From the NCBI RefSeq assembly GCF_964204645.1, contig NC_134027.1, positions 12,742,485 through 12,806,484 on the forward strand: a stretch of 64,000 bases of DNA. The letters run 5' to 3'. Below the pieces are notes generated by a model, which made no database searches, was not told where the DNA came from, and worked only from the letters and a program-made list of their open reading frames with translations. Positions 32,101 to 47,317 of this stretch are shown in pieces. The DNA is from Tubulanus polymorphus (Eukaryota; Animalia; Nemertea). The translations under genes and the position numbers were made by a program. How positions within the stretch are numbered: the first letter of the stretch is position 1; every line of letters starts with the position of its first letter.

Positions 32101-35100
32101 TTCTTCGGGCGACAAAACCAAAATAATGTATTGTCGCGGGCGATAAAACCAAAATAATGAATTGTCTCGTGCGACAAAACCAAAATAATGAATTGTCGCA
32201 GGCGATAAAACCAAAATAATGAATTGTCGCGGGCGACAAAACCAAAAAAAAAATTGTCGCTGGCGACAAAAACAAAATATAAAACCAAAATAATGAATTG
32301 TCGCGGGCGTCAAAACCAAAAGAAGAATTGTCGCGGGCGATAAAACCAAAATAATGAATTGTCGCGGGCGATAAAACCAAAATAATGAATTGTCGCGGGT
32401 GATAAAACCAAAATAATGAATTGTGGGGGGCGACAAAACCAAAATAATGAATTGTCGCTGGAGATAAAACCAAAGTAATGAATTGTCGTGGGCGATAAAA
32501 CCAAAATATTGAATTGTCGCGGGCGACAAAACCAAACTAATGAATTGTCGCGGGCGATTAAACAAAAATAATGAATTGTCGCGGGCGACAAAACCAAAAA
32601 AAGAATTGTGGGGGGCGACAAAACCAAAATAATGAATTGTCGCGGGCAACAAAACCAAAATGGTGAATTGTCGCGGGCGACAAAACCAAAATAATGAATT
32701 GTCGCGGGCGACAAAACCAAAATAATGAATTGTCGCGGGCGATAAAACCAAAATAATGAATTATCGCGGGCGATAAAGCCAAAATATTGAATTGTCGCGG
32801 GCGATTAAACCAAAATAATGAATTGTCGCGGGCGACAATACCAAAAAAAAAATTGTCGCGGGCGACTAAAACAAAATATAAAACCAAAATATTGAATTGT
32901 CGCGGGCGACAAAAGCAAAAAGAAGAATTGTCGCGGGCGACAAAACCAAAATAATGAATTTTCGCTGGAGATAAAACTAAAGTCATGAATTGTCGTGGGC
33001 GATAAAACCAAAATATTGAATTGTCGCGGGCGATAAAACCGTAATAATGAATTGTCGCCGGCGATAAAACAAAAATAATGAATTGTGTCGGGCGACAAAA
33101 CCAAAATAATGAATTATCGCGGGCGATAAAACCAAAATATTGAATTGTCGCGGGCGACAAAACCAAAAAAAAAATTGTCGCGGACGACAAAAACAAAATA
33201 TAAAACCAAAATAATGAATTGTCACGGGCGACAAAACCAAAAAGAAGAATTTTCGCGGGCGACAAAATCAAAATAATGAATTGTCGCAAGCGATAAAACC
33301 AAAATAATGAATTGTCGCGGGCGATAAAACCAAAATATTGAATTGTCGCGTGTGACAAAACCAAAATAATGAATTGTCGCGACGACAAAATCAAAATCAT
33401 TGTTTTCTCACATTATTTTAGTTTTGTCGTTTTGTCGTAATGTCGCCCTCATTTGCATATTCGTGTTTTTTTATCTTATCAGCCACCATACTAAAGCCTT
33501 AAGGTCGCGTAAAACTCGATAAACACTTCAAGCGACACAGCGAACGATCTCCTTTCCTCCACAGCGAACGAATTGTCGCGGGCGACAAAAACAAAATATT
33601 GAATTGTCACGTGCGACAAAACCAAAATAATGAATTGTCGCGAGCGACAAAACCAAAATAATGAATTGTCGCAGGCGACAAAACCAAGATAATGAATTGT
33701 CGCCGGCGATAAAACAAAAATAATGAATTGTCGCGGGCGACAAAACCAAAAAAAGAATTGTCGGGCGACAAAACCAAAATAATGAATTGTCGCGGGCGAT
33801 AAAACCAAAATAATGAATTGTCACGGGCGATAAAACCAAAATAATGAATTGTCGCGGGTGACAAAACCAAAATGGTGAATTGTCGCGGGCGACAAAACCA
33901 AAATAATGAATTGTCGCGGGCGATAAAACCGTAATAATGAATGGTCGCCGGCGATAAAACAAAAATAATGAATTGTGTCGGGTGACAAAACCAAAATAAT
34001 GAATTATCGCGGGCGATAAAACCAAAATATTGAATTGTCGCGGGCGACAAAACCAAAATAATGAATTGTCGCGGGCGACAAAATCAAAATCATTGTTTTC
34101 TCGCATTATTTTAGTTTTGTCGTTTTGTCGTAATGTCGCCCTCATTTGCATATTCGTGTTTTTTTATCTTATCAGCCACCATACTAAAGCCTTAAGGTCA
34201 CGTAAAACTCGATAAACACTTCAAGCGACACAGCGAACGATCTCCTTTCCTCCACAGCGAACGAATTGTCGCAGGCGACAAAAACAAAATATTGAATTGT
34301 CACGTGCGACAAAACCAAAATAATGAATTGTCGCGAGCGACAAAACCAAAATAATGAATTGTCGCAGGCGACAAAACCAAGATAATGAATTGTCGCGGGC
34401 GATAAAACCAAAAAGATGAATTGTCTCGGGCGACAAAACCAAAATATTGAATTGTCGCGGGCGAAAAATCCAAAAAATGAATTGTCGCGGGCGACAAATC
34501 CAAAAAATGAATTGTCGCGGCAGAAAAACCAAAATCTTGAATTGTCGCGGGCGAAAAAACCACAGAGTTTTTAAATAGAAATATAGCTGCAAAGCAGCGA
34601 TAACGGGTTTTCTGCACAGTCTTAGAATCCTGTTCAACGGTGGATTTTAACAAAGCATTTGATAAGGTTCAACATCAGCCATTACTAAAGAGTCTATTAG
34701 GAAACAGTATCAATGATAGGTCGTTAAAATGGCTCAGCAGTTATCTCTGAACGGAAACTTGTAACCGAAATCAACGGAACGCCTCATCTTGGAATGAGAC
34801 GGTCTAACTAGTGGAGTCACGCAAGGTAGTATCCTAAGTCGTCTTCTGTTTAATGTCCTGACAAATGACAGTAATCCAAAATATACCAGACCGAGTAAAT
34901 TTCCAAAACGACCTTAACACACTGTTCGACCAAAAAACTTAATGTTCCGACAAAACCACGGGTGACAAAACCAAAATTATGAATTGTCGCGGGTGACAAA
35001 ACCAAAATATTGAATTGTCACGGGCAACAAAACAAAAATAATGAATTGTCACGGGCGACAAAACAAAAATAATGAATTGTCGCGGGCGATAAAACCAAAA

Positions 35101-35283
35101 TAATGAATTGTCGCGGGCGATAAAACCACAATAATGAATTGTCGCGGGCGTTAAAACCAAAATATTGAATTGTCGCGGCGATAAAACCAAAATAATGAAT
35201 TGTCGCGGACGATAAAAACAAAATATGAATTTTTGCGTGCGACAAAACCAGAATAATGAATTGTCGCGGGAGACAAAACCAAA

Positions 35284-37550
35284 CTAGGGGTCCAGGGACA
35301 CCATGCTCACTTGGGAAATGGTTTCAAATGCTCAACAATCTAACAATTTCAATACATAACGCCCTCTAGTGACCATATACAAAAACCGATGACCTTGGAA
35401 CCCACCACAATCATAGAACATGTGAGCAGCTATGATTTTGTAATTGATTGTGATAACAAAATATGCCTCGTTACCAATTTAATATGGAAATACTAAGTTA
35501 TTCTACTATTCAACGCCCCCTGGTGACCATATGCAAAACCCAATGACCTTAAAACTCACCACAATCGTAGTACATGTCATGAAACACAACGTTGCAATTG
35601 ATCATAGTAACAAAATATGCCTAGGTACCAATCTAATAAGGGAATACTAAGCCATTCTACTATTCAGCGCCCCCTGGTGACTATATGGAATAACTAATGT
35701 CCTTAAAAACTCACCACAATCATAGACGATGTCATGAACTACAACTTTGCAATGGATCATGGTAACAAACTATGCCTAGGTACCAATCTAATAAGGAAAA
35801 ACTAAGCTTTTCTACTATTCAACGCCCCCTGGTGTCTATATGGAATAACTAATGTCCTTAAAAACTCACCACAATCATAGACGATGTCATGAACTACAAC
35901 TTTGCTATTGATCATGGTAACAATATATGCCTTGGTACAAATATAATATAGAGATACTAAGTTATTGTATTATTCAACGCCCCCTGATAGCCACATACAA
36001 AAACCAATGACCTTGAAACTCACCAAAATCATAGAACTCGTTATGGGCTACAACTTTCCAATTGAATATAGTAACACAATATGCTTAGGTATCAATTAAT
36101 TGTGGAAAAACTTTTTCATACCTACCAATGAGTACTGATGACACCAAGATGGCCGCCAATTGCGTCATAATTGGCTGATCAAAAATACCTGTCCCAGGTA
36201 TAAAACATCCCTCTCTAAAGAATATCCATCAGCAATTGCAATGAGAAATGGCAAACCAGTAGGAAGCTACAGGACCTAGAATTCTGGCCAAAATTGACAT
36301 TTTTGGGCACTAAAAAGGTCATAGGACGGCCATCTTGAGTCAGATCGACCCAATTTTCATATGCTGATGGGCCTTTGGTAGATTCAAATATAAACGAAAG
36401 ATCGAGGTAATTGATCAAAGCGTCTTCAAAATTTCCCACGAAAACTTCGAAAATGTTAAAAAAGTGCTGATTTTGGCATACAACAATGGCTGCCAGTCGG
36501 CCATCTTGAATCTGACAGGGCTAGTTTTTGGGCTGACGATGTGTCTAGGGTAGACACATGTATAAACCAAATATCAAGACATTACCTTGAAGCGTCTTCA
36601 AAACTTTAATATGGAAATACTAAGTTATTCTACTATTCAACGCCCCCTGGTGACCATATGCAAAACCCAATGACCTTAAAACTCACCACAATCGTAGTAC
36701 ATGTCATGAAATACAACTTTGCAATTGATCATAGTAACAAAATATGCCTAGGTACCAATCTAATGAAATACTAAGCCATTCTACTATTCAGTGCCCCCTG
36801 GTGACTATATGGAATAACTAATGTCCTTAAAAACTCACCACAATCATAGACGATGTCATGAACTACAACTTTGCAATGGATCATGGTAACAAACTATGCC
36901 TAGGTACCAATCTAATAAGGGAAAAACTAAGCTTTTCTGCTATTCAACGCCCCCTGGTGACTATATGGAATAACTAATGTCCTTAAAAACTCACCACAAT
37001 CATAGACGATGTCATGAACTATAACTTTGCCATTGATCATGGTAACAAAATATGCCTTGGTACAAATATAATATAGCGGTACTAAGTTATTGTATTATTC
37101 AACGCCCCCTGATGGCCACATACAAAAACCAATGACCTTGAAACCAAAATCATAGAACAGGGCTACAACTTTCCAATTGAATATAGTAACACAATATGCT
37201 TAGGTATCGATTAATTGTGGAAAAACTTTTTCCCACCTACGAATGAGTACTGATGACACCAAGATGGCCGCCAATTGCGTCATAATTGGCTGATCAAAAA
37301 TACCTGTCCCAGGTATAAAACATCCCTCTCTAAAGAATATCCATCAGCAATAGCAATGAGAAATGGCAAACCAGTAGGAAGCTACAGGACCTAGAATTCT
37401 GGCCAAAATTGACATTTTTGGGCACTAAAAAGGTCATAGGACGGCAATCTTGAGTCAGATCGACCCAATTTTCATATGCAGATGGGCCTTTGGTAGATTC
37501 AAATATAAACGAAAGATCAAGGTAATTGATCAAAGCGTCTTCAAAATTTT
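35284..37550 (-). mobile_element. HINE copy (duplicated/truncated form)
   Basis: Near-identical to 29833-32100. Confidence 0.75.
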
Positions 37551-40500
37551 CTTCGGGCGACAAAACCAAAATAATGTATTGTCGCGGGCGATAAAACCAA
37601 AAATGAATTGTGGGGGGCGACAAAACCAAAATAATGAATTGTCGCGGGCAACAAAACCAAAATGGTGAATTGTCGCGGGCGACAAAACCAAAATAATGAA
37701 TTGTCGCGGGCGACAAAACCAAAATAATGAATTGTCGCGGGCGATAAAACCAAAATAATGAATTATCGCGGCCGATAAAGCCAAAATATTGAATTGTCGC
37801 GGGCGATTAAACCAAAATAATGAATTGTCGCGGGCGACAATACCAAAAAAAAATTGTCGCGGGCGACTAAAACAAAATATAAAACCAAAATAATGAATTG
37901 TCGCGGGCGACAAAAGCAAAAAGAAGAATTGTCGCGGGCGACAAAACCAAAATAATGAATTTTCGCTGGAGATAAAACTAAAGTCATGAATTGTCGTGGG
38001 CGATAAAACCAAAATATTGAATTGTCGCGGGCGATAAAACCGTAATAATGAATTGTCGCCGGCGATAAAACAAAAATAATGAATTGTGTCGGGCGACAAA
38101 ACCAAAATAATGAATTATCGCGGGCGATAAAACCAAAATATTGAATTGTCGCGGGCGACAAAACCAAAAAAAAAATTGTCGCGGACGACAAAAACAAAAT
38201 ATAAAACCAAAATAATGAATTGTCGCGGGCGACAAAACCAAAAAGAAGAATTTTCGCGGGCGACAAAACCAAAATAATGAATTGTCGCTGGCGATAAAAC
38301 CAAAGCAGTGAATTGTCGTGGGCGATAAAACCAAAATATTGAATTTTCGCGGGCGACAAAATCAAAATAATGAATTGTCGCAAGCGATAAAACCAAAATA
38401 ATGAATTGTCGCGGGCGATAAAACCAAAATATTGAATTGTCGCGTGTGACAAAACCAAAATAATGAATTGTCGCGGGCGACAAAATCAAAATCATTGTTT
38501 TCTCACATTATTTTAGTTTTGTCGTTTTGTCGTAATGTCGCCCTCATTTGCATATTCGTGTTTTTTTATCTTATCAGCCACCATACTAAAGCCTTAAGGT
38601 CGCGTAAAACTCGATAAACACTTCAAGCGACACAGCGAACGATCTCCTTTCCTCCACAGCGAACGAATTGTCGCGGGCGACAAAAACAAAATATTGAATT
38701 GTCACGTGCGACAAAACCAAAATAATGAATTGTCGCGAGCGACAAAACCAAAATAATGAATTGTCGCAGGCGACAAAACCAAGATAATGAATTTTCGCTG
38801 GAGATAAAACCAAAGTCATGAATTGTCGTGGGCGATAAAACCAAAATATTGAATTGTCGCGGGCGACAAAAACAAAATATTCAATTGTCGCGGGCGACAA
38901 AACTAAAACTAATGAATTGTCGCGGGCGACAAAACCAAAAAAAGAATTGTCGGGCGACAAAACCAAAATAATGAATTGTCGCGGGCGATAAAACCAAAAT
39001 AATGAATTGTCACGGGCGATAAAACCAAAATAATGAATTGTCGCGGGTGACAAAACCAAAATGGTGAATTGTCGCGGGCGACAAAACCAAAATAATGAAT
39101 TGTCGCGGGCGATAAAACCGTAATAATGAATGGTCGCCGGCGATAAAACAAAAATAATGAATTGTGTCGGGTGACAAAACCAAAATAATGAATTATCGAG
39201 GGCGATAAAACCAAAATATTGAATTGTCGCGGGCGACAAAACCAAAATAATGAATTGTCGCGGGCGACAAAATCAAAATCATTGTTTTCTCGCATTATTT
39301 TAGTTTTGTCGTTTTGTCGTAATGTCGCCCTCATTTGCATATTCGTGTTTTTTTATCTTATCAGCCACCATACTAAAGCCTTAAGGTCACGTAAAACTCG
39401 ATAAACACTTCAAGCGACACAGCGAACGATCTCCTTTCCTCCACAGCGAACGAATTGTCGCAGGCGACAAAAACAAAATATTGAATTGTCACGTGCGACA
39501 AAACCAAAATAATGAATTGTCGCGAGCGACAAAACCAAAATAATGAATTGTCGCAGGCGACAAAACCAAGATAATGAATTGTCGCGGGCGATAAAACCAA
39601 AAAGATGAATTGTCTCGGGCGACAAAACCAAAATATTGAATTGTCGCGGGCGACAAATCCAAAAAATGAATTGTCGCGGGCGACAAATCCAAAAAATGAA
39701 TTGTCGCGGCAGAAAAACCAAAATCTTGAATTGTCGCGGGCGAAAAAACCACAAAAATGAATTGTTGCGGGCGATAAAACCAAAATAATAAATTGTCGCA
39801 GGCGATAAAACCAAAAAAATGAATTGTCGCGGGCGATAAAACCAAAATCATGAATTGTCGCGGGCGACAAAACCAAAATATTCAATTGTCGCAGGCGACA
39901 AAACCAAACTAATGAATTGTCGCGGGCGATAAAGCCAAAATAATGAATTGTCGCGGGTGATAAAACCAAAATATTGAATTGTCGTGGGCGACAAACCCAA
40001 AAAATGAATTGTCGCGGGCGATAAAACCAAAATAATGAATTGTCGCGGGCGAAAAAACCAAACTAATGAATTGTTGCGGGCGATAAATAATAAATTGTCG
40101 CAGGCGATAAAACCAAAAAAATGAATTGTCGCGGGCGATAAAACCAAAATCATGAATTGTCGCGGGCGACAAAACCAAAATATTCAATTGTCGCAGGCGA
40201 CAAAACCAAACTAATGAATTGTCGCGGGCGATAAAGCCAAAATAATGAATTGTCGCGGGCGATAAAACCAAAATATTGAATTGTCGTGGGCGACAAACCC
40301 AAAAAATGAATTGTCGCGGGCGATAAAACCAAAATAATGAATTGTCGCGGGCGATAAAACCAAAATAATGAATTGTTGCGGGCGATAAAACCAAAATATT
40401 GAAGTGTCGCAGGCGATAAAACCGCGACAAAAAGAGAAAAAAATTGTCGCGGGCGATAAAACAAAAATAATGAATTGTCGCGGGCGATAAAACCAAAATA

Positions 40501-41414
40501 TTGAATTGTCATGGGCGATAAAACCAAAATCATGAATTTTCGCGGGCGATAAAACCAAAATCATGAATTGTCGCGGGCGACAAAACCAAAATATTCAATT
40601 GTCGCAGGCGACAAAACCAAACTAATGAATTGTCGCGGGCGATAAAGCCAAAATAATGAATTGTCGCGGGCGATAAAACCAAAATATTGAATTGTCGTGG
40701 GCGACAAACCCAAAAAATGAATTGTCGCGGGCGATAAAACCAAAATAATGAATTGTCGCGGGCGATAAAACCAAAATAATGAATTGTTGCGGGCGATAAA
40801 ACCAAAATATTGAAGTGTCGCAGGCGATAAAACCGCGACAAAAAGAGAAAAAAATTGTCGCGGGCGATAAAACAAAAATAATGAATTGTCGCGGGCGATA
40901 AAACCAAAATATTGAATTGTCGTGGGCGACAAATCCAAAAAATGAATTGTCGCGGGCGACAAAACCAAAATCTTGAATTGTCGCCATTGTCGTGTGCGAC
41001 AAAACCAAAATAATGAATTGTCGCGGGCGATAAAACCAAAATAATGAATTTTCGCGGGCGATAAAACCAAAATATTGAATTGTCATGGGCGACAAATCCA
41101 AAAAAAGAATTGTCGCGGGCGATAAAACCAAAATAATGAAATGCGCGGGCGATAAAACCGCGACAAAAAAAAAATTGTCGCGGGCGATAAAACCAAAATA
41201 ATGAATTGTCGCGGGCGATAAAACCAAAATATTGAATTGGCATGAGCGCCAAAACCAAAATATTGATTTGTCGCGGGTGATAAAACCAAAATATTGATTT
41301 GTCGCGGGTGACAAAACCAAATTAATGAATTGTCGCGGGCGATAAAACCAAAATAATGAATTGTCGCGGGTGATAAAACCAAAATAATGAATTGTCGCGG
41401 GCGACAAAACCAAA

Positions 41415-42760
41415 ATTATTGTTTTGTCGCGTTATTTTAGTTTTGTCGTTTTGTCATAATGTTGCCCTCATTTGCATATACGTGTTTTTTTTTACGCATG
41501 GCCCTTATCAGCCACCATACTAAAGCCTTAAGGTCGCGTAAAACTCGATAAACACTTCAAGCGACACAGCGAACGATCTCCTTTCCCCCACAGCGAACGC
41601 TTTACCTAGTAGAGGCTACTAGCCTATGTAGGCCTATGTATATGCGTAGGCCTAACATCCGGACAGATTGGTCGTAGGCCTATTGAATTTAACAACCCAC
41701 CTAAATATCGTAAATTTTGTTTTGAAGTTCAATCCAATGAGTCCGTTAATAAACGCAACAATTGTACTGTGTTTGTTCGAGACAGTAAAGCTCAGTACCG
41801 GTAGGCCTAAAGCCGCGTCAAACTCGATAAACACTTCAAGCGACACAGCGAACGATCCCTTTCCCCCACAGCGAACGCTTACTCCGAATGTCAAGTGTGA
41901 GTCCAGCATACGGAAAGGATAATGTGTTATATACTTGTATTTAGTAAATACCTTGTGCATTTGACAATGATCGGTATGTACTGTAGGAAATATAGAGTAT
42001 TGATGGTATTGATATAGAGGTTGAAGCCCGCGGCCGAATAAAGTAATATATTCTTTTATTTTGATACCTCGTCGACATAACAGCTTTTCTCCGCTATATC
42101 TCTTCGGCGTGTTTAGTTTAGGCCTACGATTCCTCGGTACACTAAAGATTTATCTTAGTAAATACTCGGTTAATTCGGTAAAGAAAAATATGTATTGTTA
42201 TACTAACTCCTTGAAACCCGCAGCCAAATTACTGGTAGTAATAAATTAATTTGTACTCGATTTGATTCTCATGATAAGGAGAAACTCGCAGCTGATCCCC
42301 GGAACGACGATGTAGTAACACACGTCGATTCGTCGATGTTTACGGCTCGACAGTGCTTTTAAAATCTAAAGTAGTAAATTTCCAGTGTATCGGTAATATG
42401 ATTTGATGAGGAAAATGGGCTATTGTTAAAATCACTGTTTGAAGACCGCGACTGAATTTGAAGTCTGCGGCAATAAATTAGTTCATTTATACTTGAATTG
42501 ATAATCGAAGTGACAGTCGGCCTGCGGGTTGATTTCGGGATGACGACTCGAAAAACATGTCGCCCCATTGAATGGGGCTAAATTTTCGATGTTTACGGCC
42601 CGACAGCGCTTTTGTAACGATAATTCGTGAAAAAACACGCGGGCTATTTGTAGATCTCAGTGAGCTGAACGATATTATATGGATTGTATATGAAACAGCG
42701 GTAAGGTAACAAAGCCTATGTTCTTTTGGTAAAAATAGTGTGGAAGAAAATAATAATAAT
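41415..42760. repeat. Recurrent non-satellite module (also ~48120-49460 and 63285-64000; short versions near 33400, 34090, 38490, 39280; distal half at 52425, 55345, 59780)
   Basis: Satellite blocks end in ...ATTTGCATA...CTTATCAGCCACCATA, followed by a duplicated CAAGCGACACAGCGAACGATC segment, TAGGCCTA motifs and a GCCCCATT/AATGGGGC hairpin. Confidence 0.8.
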
Positions 42761-43348
42761 AAATATAGCTGCAAAGCAGCGATAACGGGTTTTCTGCACA
42801 GTCTTAGAATCCTGTTCAACGGTGGATTTCAACAAAGCATTTGATAAGGCTCAACATCAGCCATTACTGAACAGGATATTAGGAAACAGTATCAATGATA
42901 GGTCGCCCAAATGGCACAGCAGTTATCTCTGAACGGAAACTTGTAACCGAAATCAACGGAACGCCTCATCTTGGAGTGAGACGGTCTAACTAGTGGAGTC
43001 ACGCAAGGTAGTATCCTAAGTCGTCTTCTGTTTAATGTCCTGACAAATGACATACACAGTAATCCAAAATATACCAGACCGAATAAATTTCCAAAACAAC
43101 CTTAACACACTGTTCGACCAAAAACTTAATGTTTCGACAAAACCACGGGCGACAAAACAAAAATAATGAATTGTCGCAAGGGATAAAACCAAAATAATGA
43201 ATTGTCGCGGGCGATAAAACCAAAATATTGAATTGTCGCGTGTGACAAAACCAAAATAATGAATTGTCGCGGACGACAAAAACAAACTATTGAATCGTTA
43301 CGTCCGACAAAACCAAAATAATGAATTGTCGCGGGCGACAAAACCAAA

Positions 43349-45595
43349 CTAGGGGTCCAGGGACACCATGCTCACTTGGGCAGTGGTTTCAAATGCTCAA
43401 CAATCTAACAATTTCAATACATAACGCCCTCTAGTGACCATATACAAAAACCGATGACCTTGAAACCCAACACAATCATAGAACATGTAAGCAGCTATGA
43501 TTTTGTAATTGATTGTGATAACAAAATATGCCTCGTTACCAATTTAATATGGAAATACTAAGTTATTCTACTATTCAACGCCACCACAATCGTAGTACAT
43601 GTCATGAAATACAACTTTGCAATTGATAATAGTAACAAAATATGCCTAGGTACCAATCTAATAAGGAAATACTAAGCCATTCTACTATTCAGCGCCCCCT
43701 GGTGACTATATGGAATAACTAATGTCCTTAAAAACTCACCACAATCATAGACGATGTCATGAACTACAACTTTGCAATGGATCATGGTAACAAACTATGC
43801 CTAGGTACCAATCTAATAAGGAAAAACTAAGCTTTTCTACTATTCAACGCCCCCTGGTGACTATATGGAATAACTAATGTCCTTAAAAACTCACCACAAT
43901 CATAGACGATGTCATGAACTACAACTTTGCCATTGATCATGGTAACAATATATGCCTTGGTACAAATATAATATAGCGATACTAAGTTATTGTATTATTC
44001 AACACCCCCTGATGGCCACATACAAAAACCAATGACCTTGAAACTCACCAAAATCATAGAACACGTTATGGGCTACAACTTTCCAATTGAATATAGTAAC
44101 ACAATATGCTTAGGTATCAATTAATTGTGGAAAAACATTTTCCCACCTACGAATGAGTACTGATGACACCAAGATGGCCGCCAATTGCGTCATAATTGGC
44201 TGATCAAAAATACCTGTCCCAAGTATAAAACATCCCTCTCTAAAGAATATCCATCAGCAATTGCAATGAGAAATGGCAAACCAGTAGGAAGCTACAGGAC
44301 CTAGAATTCTGGCCAAAATTGACATTTTTGGGCACTAAAAAGGTCATAGGACGGCAATCTTGAGTCAGATCGACCCAATTTTCATATGCAGATGGGCCTT
44401 TGGTAGATTCAAATATAAACGAAAGATCAAGGTAATTGATCAAAGCGTCTTCAAAATTTCCCACGAAAGATTCGAAAATGTTTAAAAAGTGCTGATTTTG
44501 GCAAACAACAATGGCTGCCAGTCGGCCATCTAGGATCTGACAGGGCCAGTTTTTGGGCTGACGATGTGTCTAGGGTAGATACATGTATAAACCAAATATC
44601 AAGACATTACCTTGAAGCGTCTTCAAAACTTTAATATGGAAATACTAAGTTATTCTACTATTCAACGCCCCCTGGTGACCATATGCAAAACCCAATGACC
44701 TTAAAACTCACTACAATCGTAGTACATGTCATGAAATACAACTTTGCAATTGATCATAGTAACAAAATATGCCTAGGTACCAAACTAATAAGGAAATACT
44801 AAGCCATTCTACTATTCAGCGCCCCCTGGTGACTATATGGAATAACTAATGTCCTCAAAAACTCACCACAATCATAGACGATGTCATGAACTACAACTTT
44901 GCAATGGATCATGGTAACAAACTATGCCTAGGTACCAATGTAATAAGGAAGAACTAAGCTTTTCTACTATTCAACGCCCCCTGGTGACTATATGGAATAA
45001 CTAATGTCCTTAAAAACTCACCACAATCATAGACGATGTCATGAACTACAACTTTGCCATCGATCATGGTAACAAAATATGCCTTGGTACAAATATAACA
45101 TAGCTATACTAAGTTATTGTATTATTCAACGCCCCCTGATGGCCACATACAAAAACCAATGACCTTGAAACTCACCAAAATCATAGAACACGTTATGGGC
45201 TACAACTTCCCAATTGAATATAGTAACACAATATGCTTAGGTATCAATTAATTGTGGAAAAACTTTTTCCCACCTACGAATGAGTACTGATGACACCAAG
45301 ATGGCCGCCAATTGCGTCATAATTGGCTGATCAAAAATACCTGTCCCAGGTATAAAACATCCCTCTCTAAAGAATATCCATCAGCAATTGCAATGAGAAA
45401 TGGCAAACCAGTAGGAAGCTACAGGACCTAGCATTCTGGCCAAAATTTACATTTTTGACATTTTTGGGCACTAAAAAGGTCATAGGACGGCCATCTTGAG
45501 TCAGATCGACCCAATTTTCTTATGCTGATGGGCCTTTGGTAGATTCAAATATAAACGAAACATCAAGGTAATTGATCAAAGCGTCTTCAAAATTT
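43349..45595 (-). mobile_element. HINE copy (duplicated/truncated form)
   Basis: Same structure and same truncation junction into the satellite. Confidence 0.75.
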
Positions 45596-46110
45596 TCTTC
45601 AGGCGATAAAACCAAAATAATGAATTGTCGCGGGCGATAAAACCAAAATATTGAATTGTCTCTTGTGACAAAACCAAAATAATAAATTGTCGCGGGCAAT
45701 AAAACCAAAATAATGAATTATCACGGGCGATAAAACCAAAATATTGAATTGTCGCGGGGGACAAAACCAAAATATTGAAATGTCGCGGGCGACAAAACCA
45801 AAATAATAAATTGTCGCGGGCAATAAAACCAAAATAATGAATTATCACGGGCGACAAAACCAAAATAATGAATTGTCACGGCCGACAAAACCAAAATGGT
45901 GAATTATCCAGGCGACAAAACCAAAATGGTGAATTGTCGCGGGCGACAAAACCAAAATAATGAATTGTCGCGGCGATGAAACCAAAATAATGAATTGTCG
46001 CGGGCGATAAAACCGTAATAATGAATTGTAGCGGCCAATAAAACCAAAATAATGAATTGTCTCAGGCGATAAAACCAAAATAATGAATTGTCGCGGGCGA
46101 CAAAACCAAA

Positions 46111-47317
46111 CTAGGGGTCCAGGGACACCATGCTCACTTGGGAAGTGGTTTCAAATGCTCAACAATCTAACAATTTCAATACATAACGCCCTCTAGTGAC
46201 CATATACAAAAACCAATGACCTTGAAACCCACCACAATCATAGAACATGTGAGCAGCTATGATTTTGTAATCGATTGTGATAACAAAATATGCCTCGTTA
46301 CCAATTTAATATGGAAATACTAAGTTATTCTACTATTCAACGCCCCCTGGTGACCATATGCAAAACCCAATGACCTTAAAACTCACCCCAATCGTATTAC
46401 ATGTCATAAAATACAACTTTGCAATTGATCATAGTAACAAAATATGTCTAGGTACCAATCTAATAAGGAAATACTAAGCCATTCTACTATTCAACGCCCC
46501 CTGGTGACTATATGGAATAACTTATGTCCTTAAAAACTCACCACAATCATAGACGATGTCATGAACTAGAACTTTGCAATTGATCATGGTAACAAAATAT
46601 GCCTTGGTACAAATATAGCAATACTAAGTTATTGTATTATTCAACGCCCCCTGATGGCCACATACAAAAACCAATGACCTTGAAACTCACCAAAATCATA
46701 GAACACGTTATGGGCTACAACTTTCCAATTGAATATAGTAACACAATATGCTTAGGTATCAATTTAATGTGGAAAAAGATGGCCGCCAATTGCGTCATAA
46801 TTGGCTGATCAAAGATACCTGTCCCAGGTATAAAACATCCCTCTCTAAAGAATACCCATCAGCAATTGCAATGAGAAATGGCAAACCAGTAGGAAGCTAC
46901 GTGACCTAGAATTCTGGCCAAAATTGACATTTTTGGGCACTAAATAGGTCATAGGACGGCCATCTTGAGTCAGATCGACCCAATTTTCTTATGCTGATGG
47001 GCCTTTGGTAGATTCAAATAGAAACGAAAGATCAAGGTAATTGATCAAAGCGTCTTCAAAATTTCCCACGAAAATGTTTAAAAAGTGCTGATTTTGGCAA
47101 ACAACAATGGCTGCCAGTCGGTCATCTTGAATCTGACAGGGCCAGTTTTTGGGCTGACGATGTGTCTAGGGTAGATACATGTATAAATCAAATATCAAGA
47201 CATTACCTTGAAGCGTCTTCAAAACTTCCCAAAACAACTGGATTCCGTCTATGAACGGACGGACGGACGAAAAGTGAACGCAATAGCCCGCTGGGACTAA
47301 AGTCCCAAGTGGGCTGA
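46111..47317 (-). mobile_element. Complete HINE/DINE-1/pearl-like Helentron (~1.2 kb)
   Basis: On the minus strand: 5' subTIR GCCCACTTGGGA with adjacent inverted copy (GGGACT/AGTCCC), (GTCC)n microsatellite, ~155-bp core repeats, 3' subTIR TCCCAAGTGAGC, stem-loop, CTAG. Inserted in a T run with no TSD. Confidence 0.85.

Noticed and set aside
41620-41690. Host taxon assignment from TAGGCCTA motifs and pearl-like HINEs
   Set aside because: Suggestive of a marine invertebrate such as an echinoderm or mollusc, but not diagnostic without a search.
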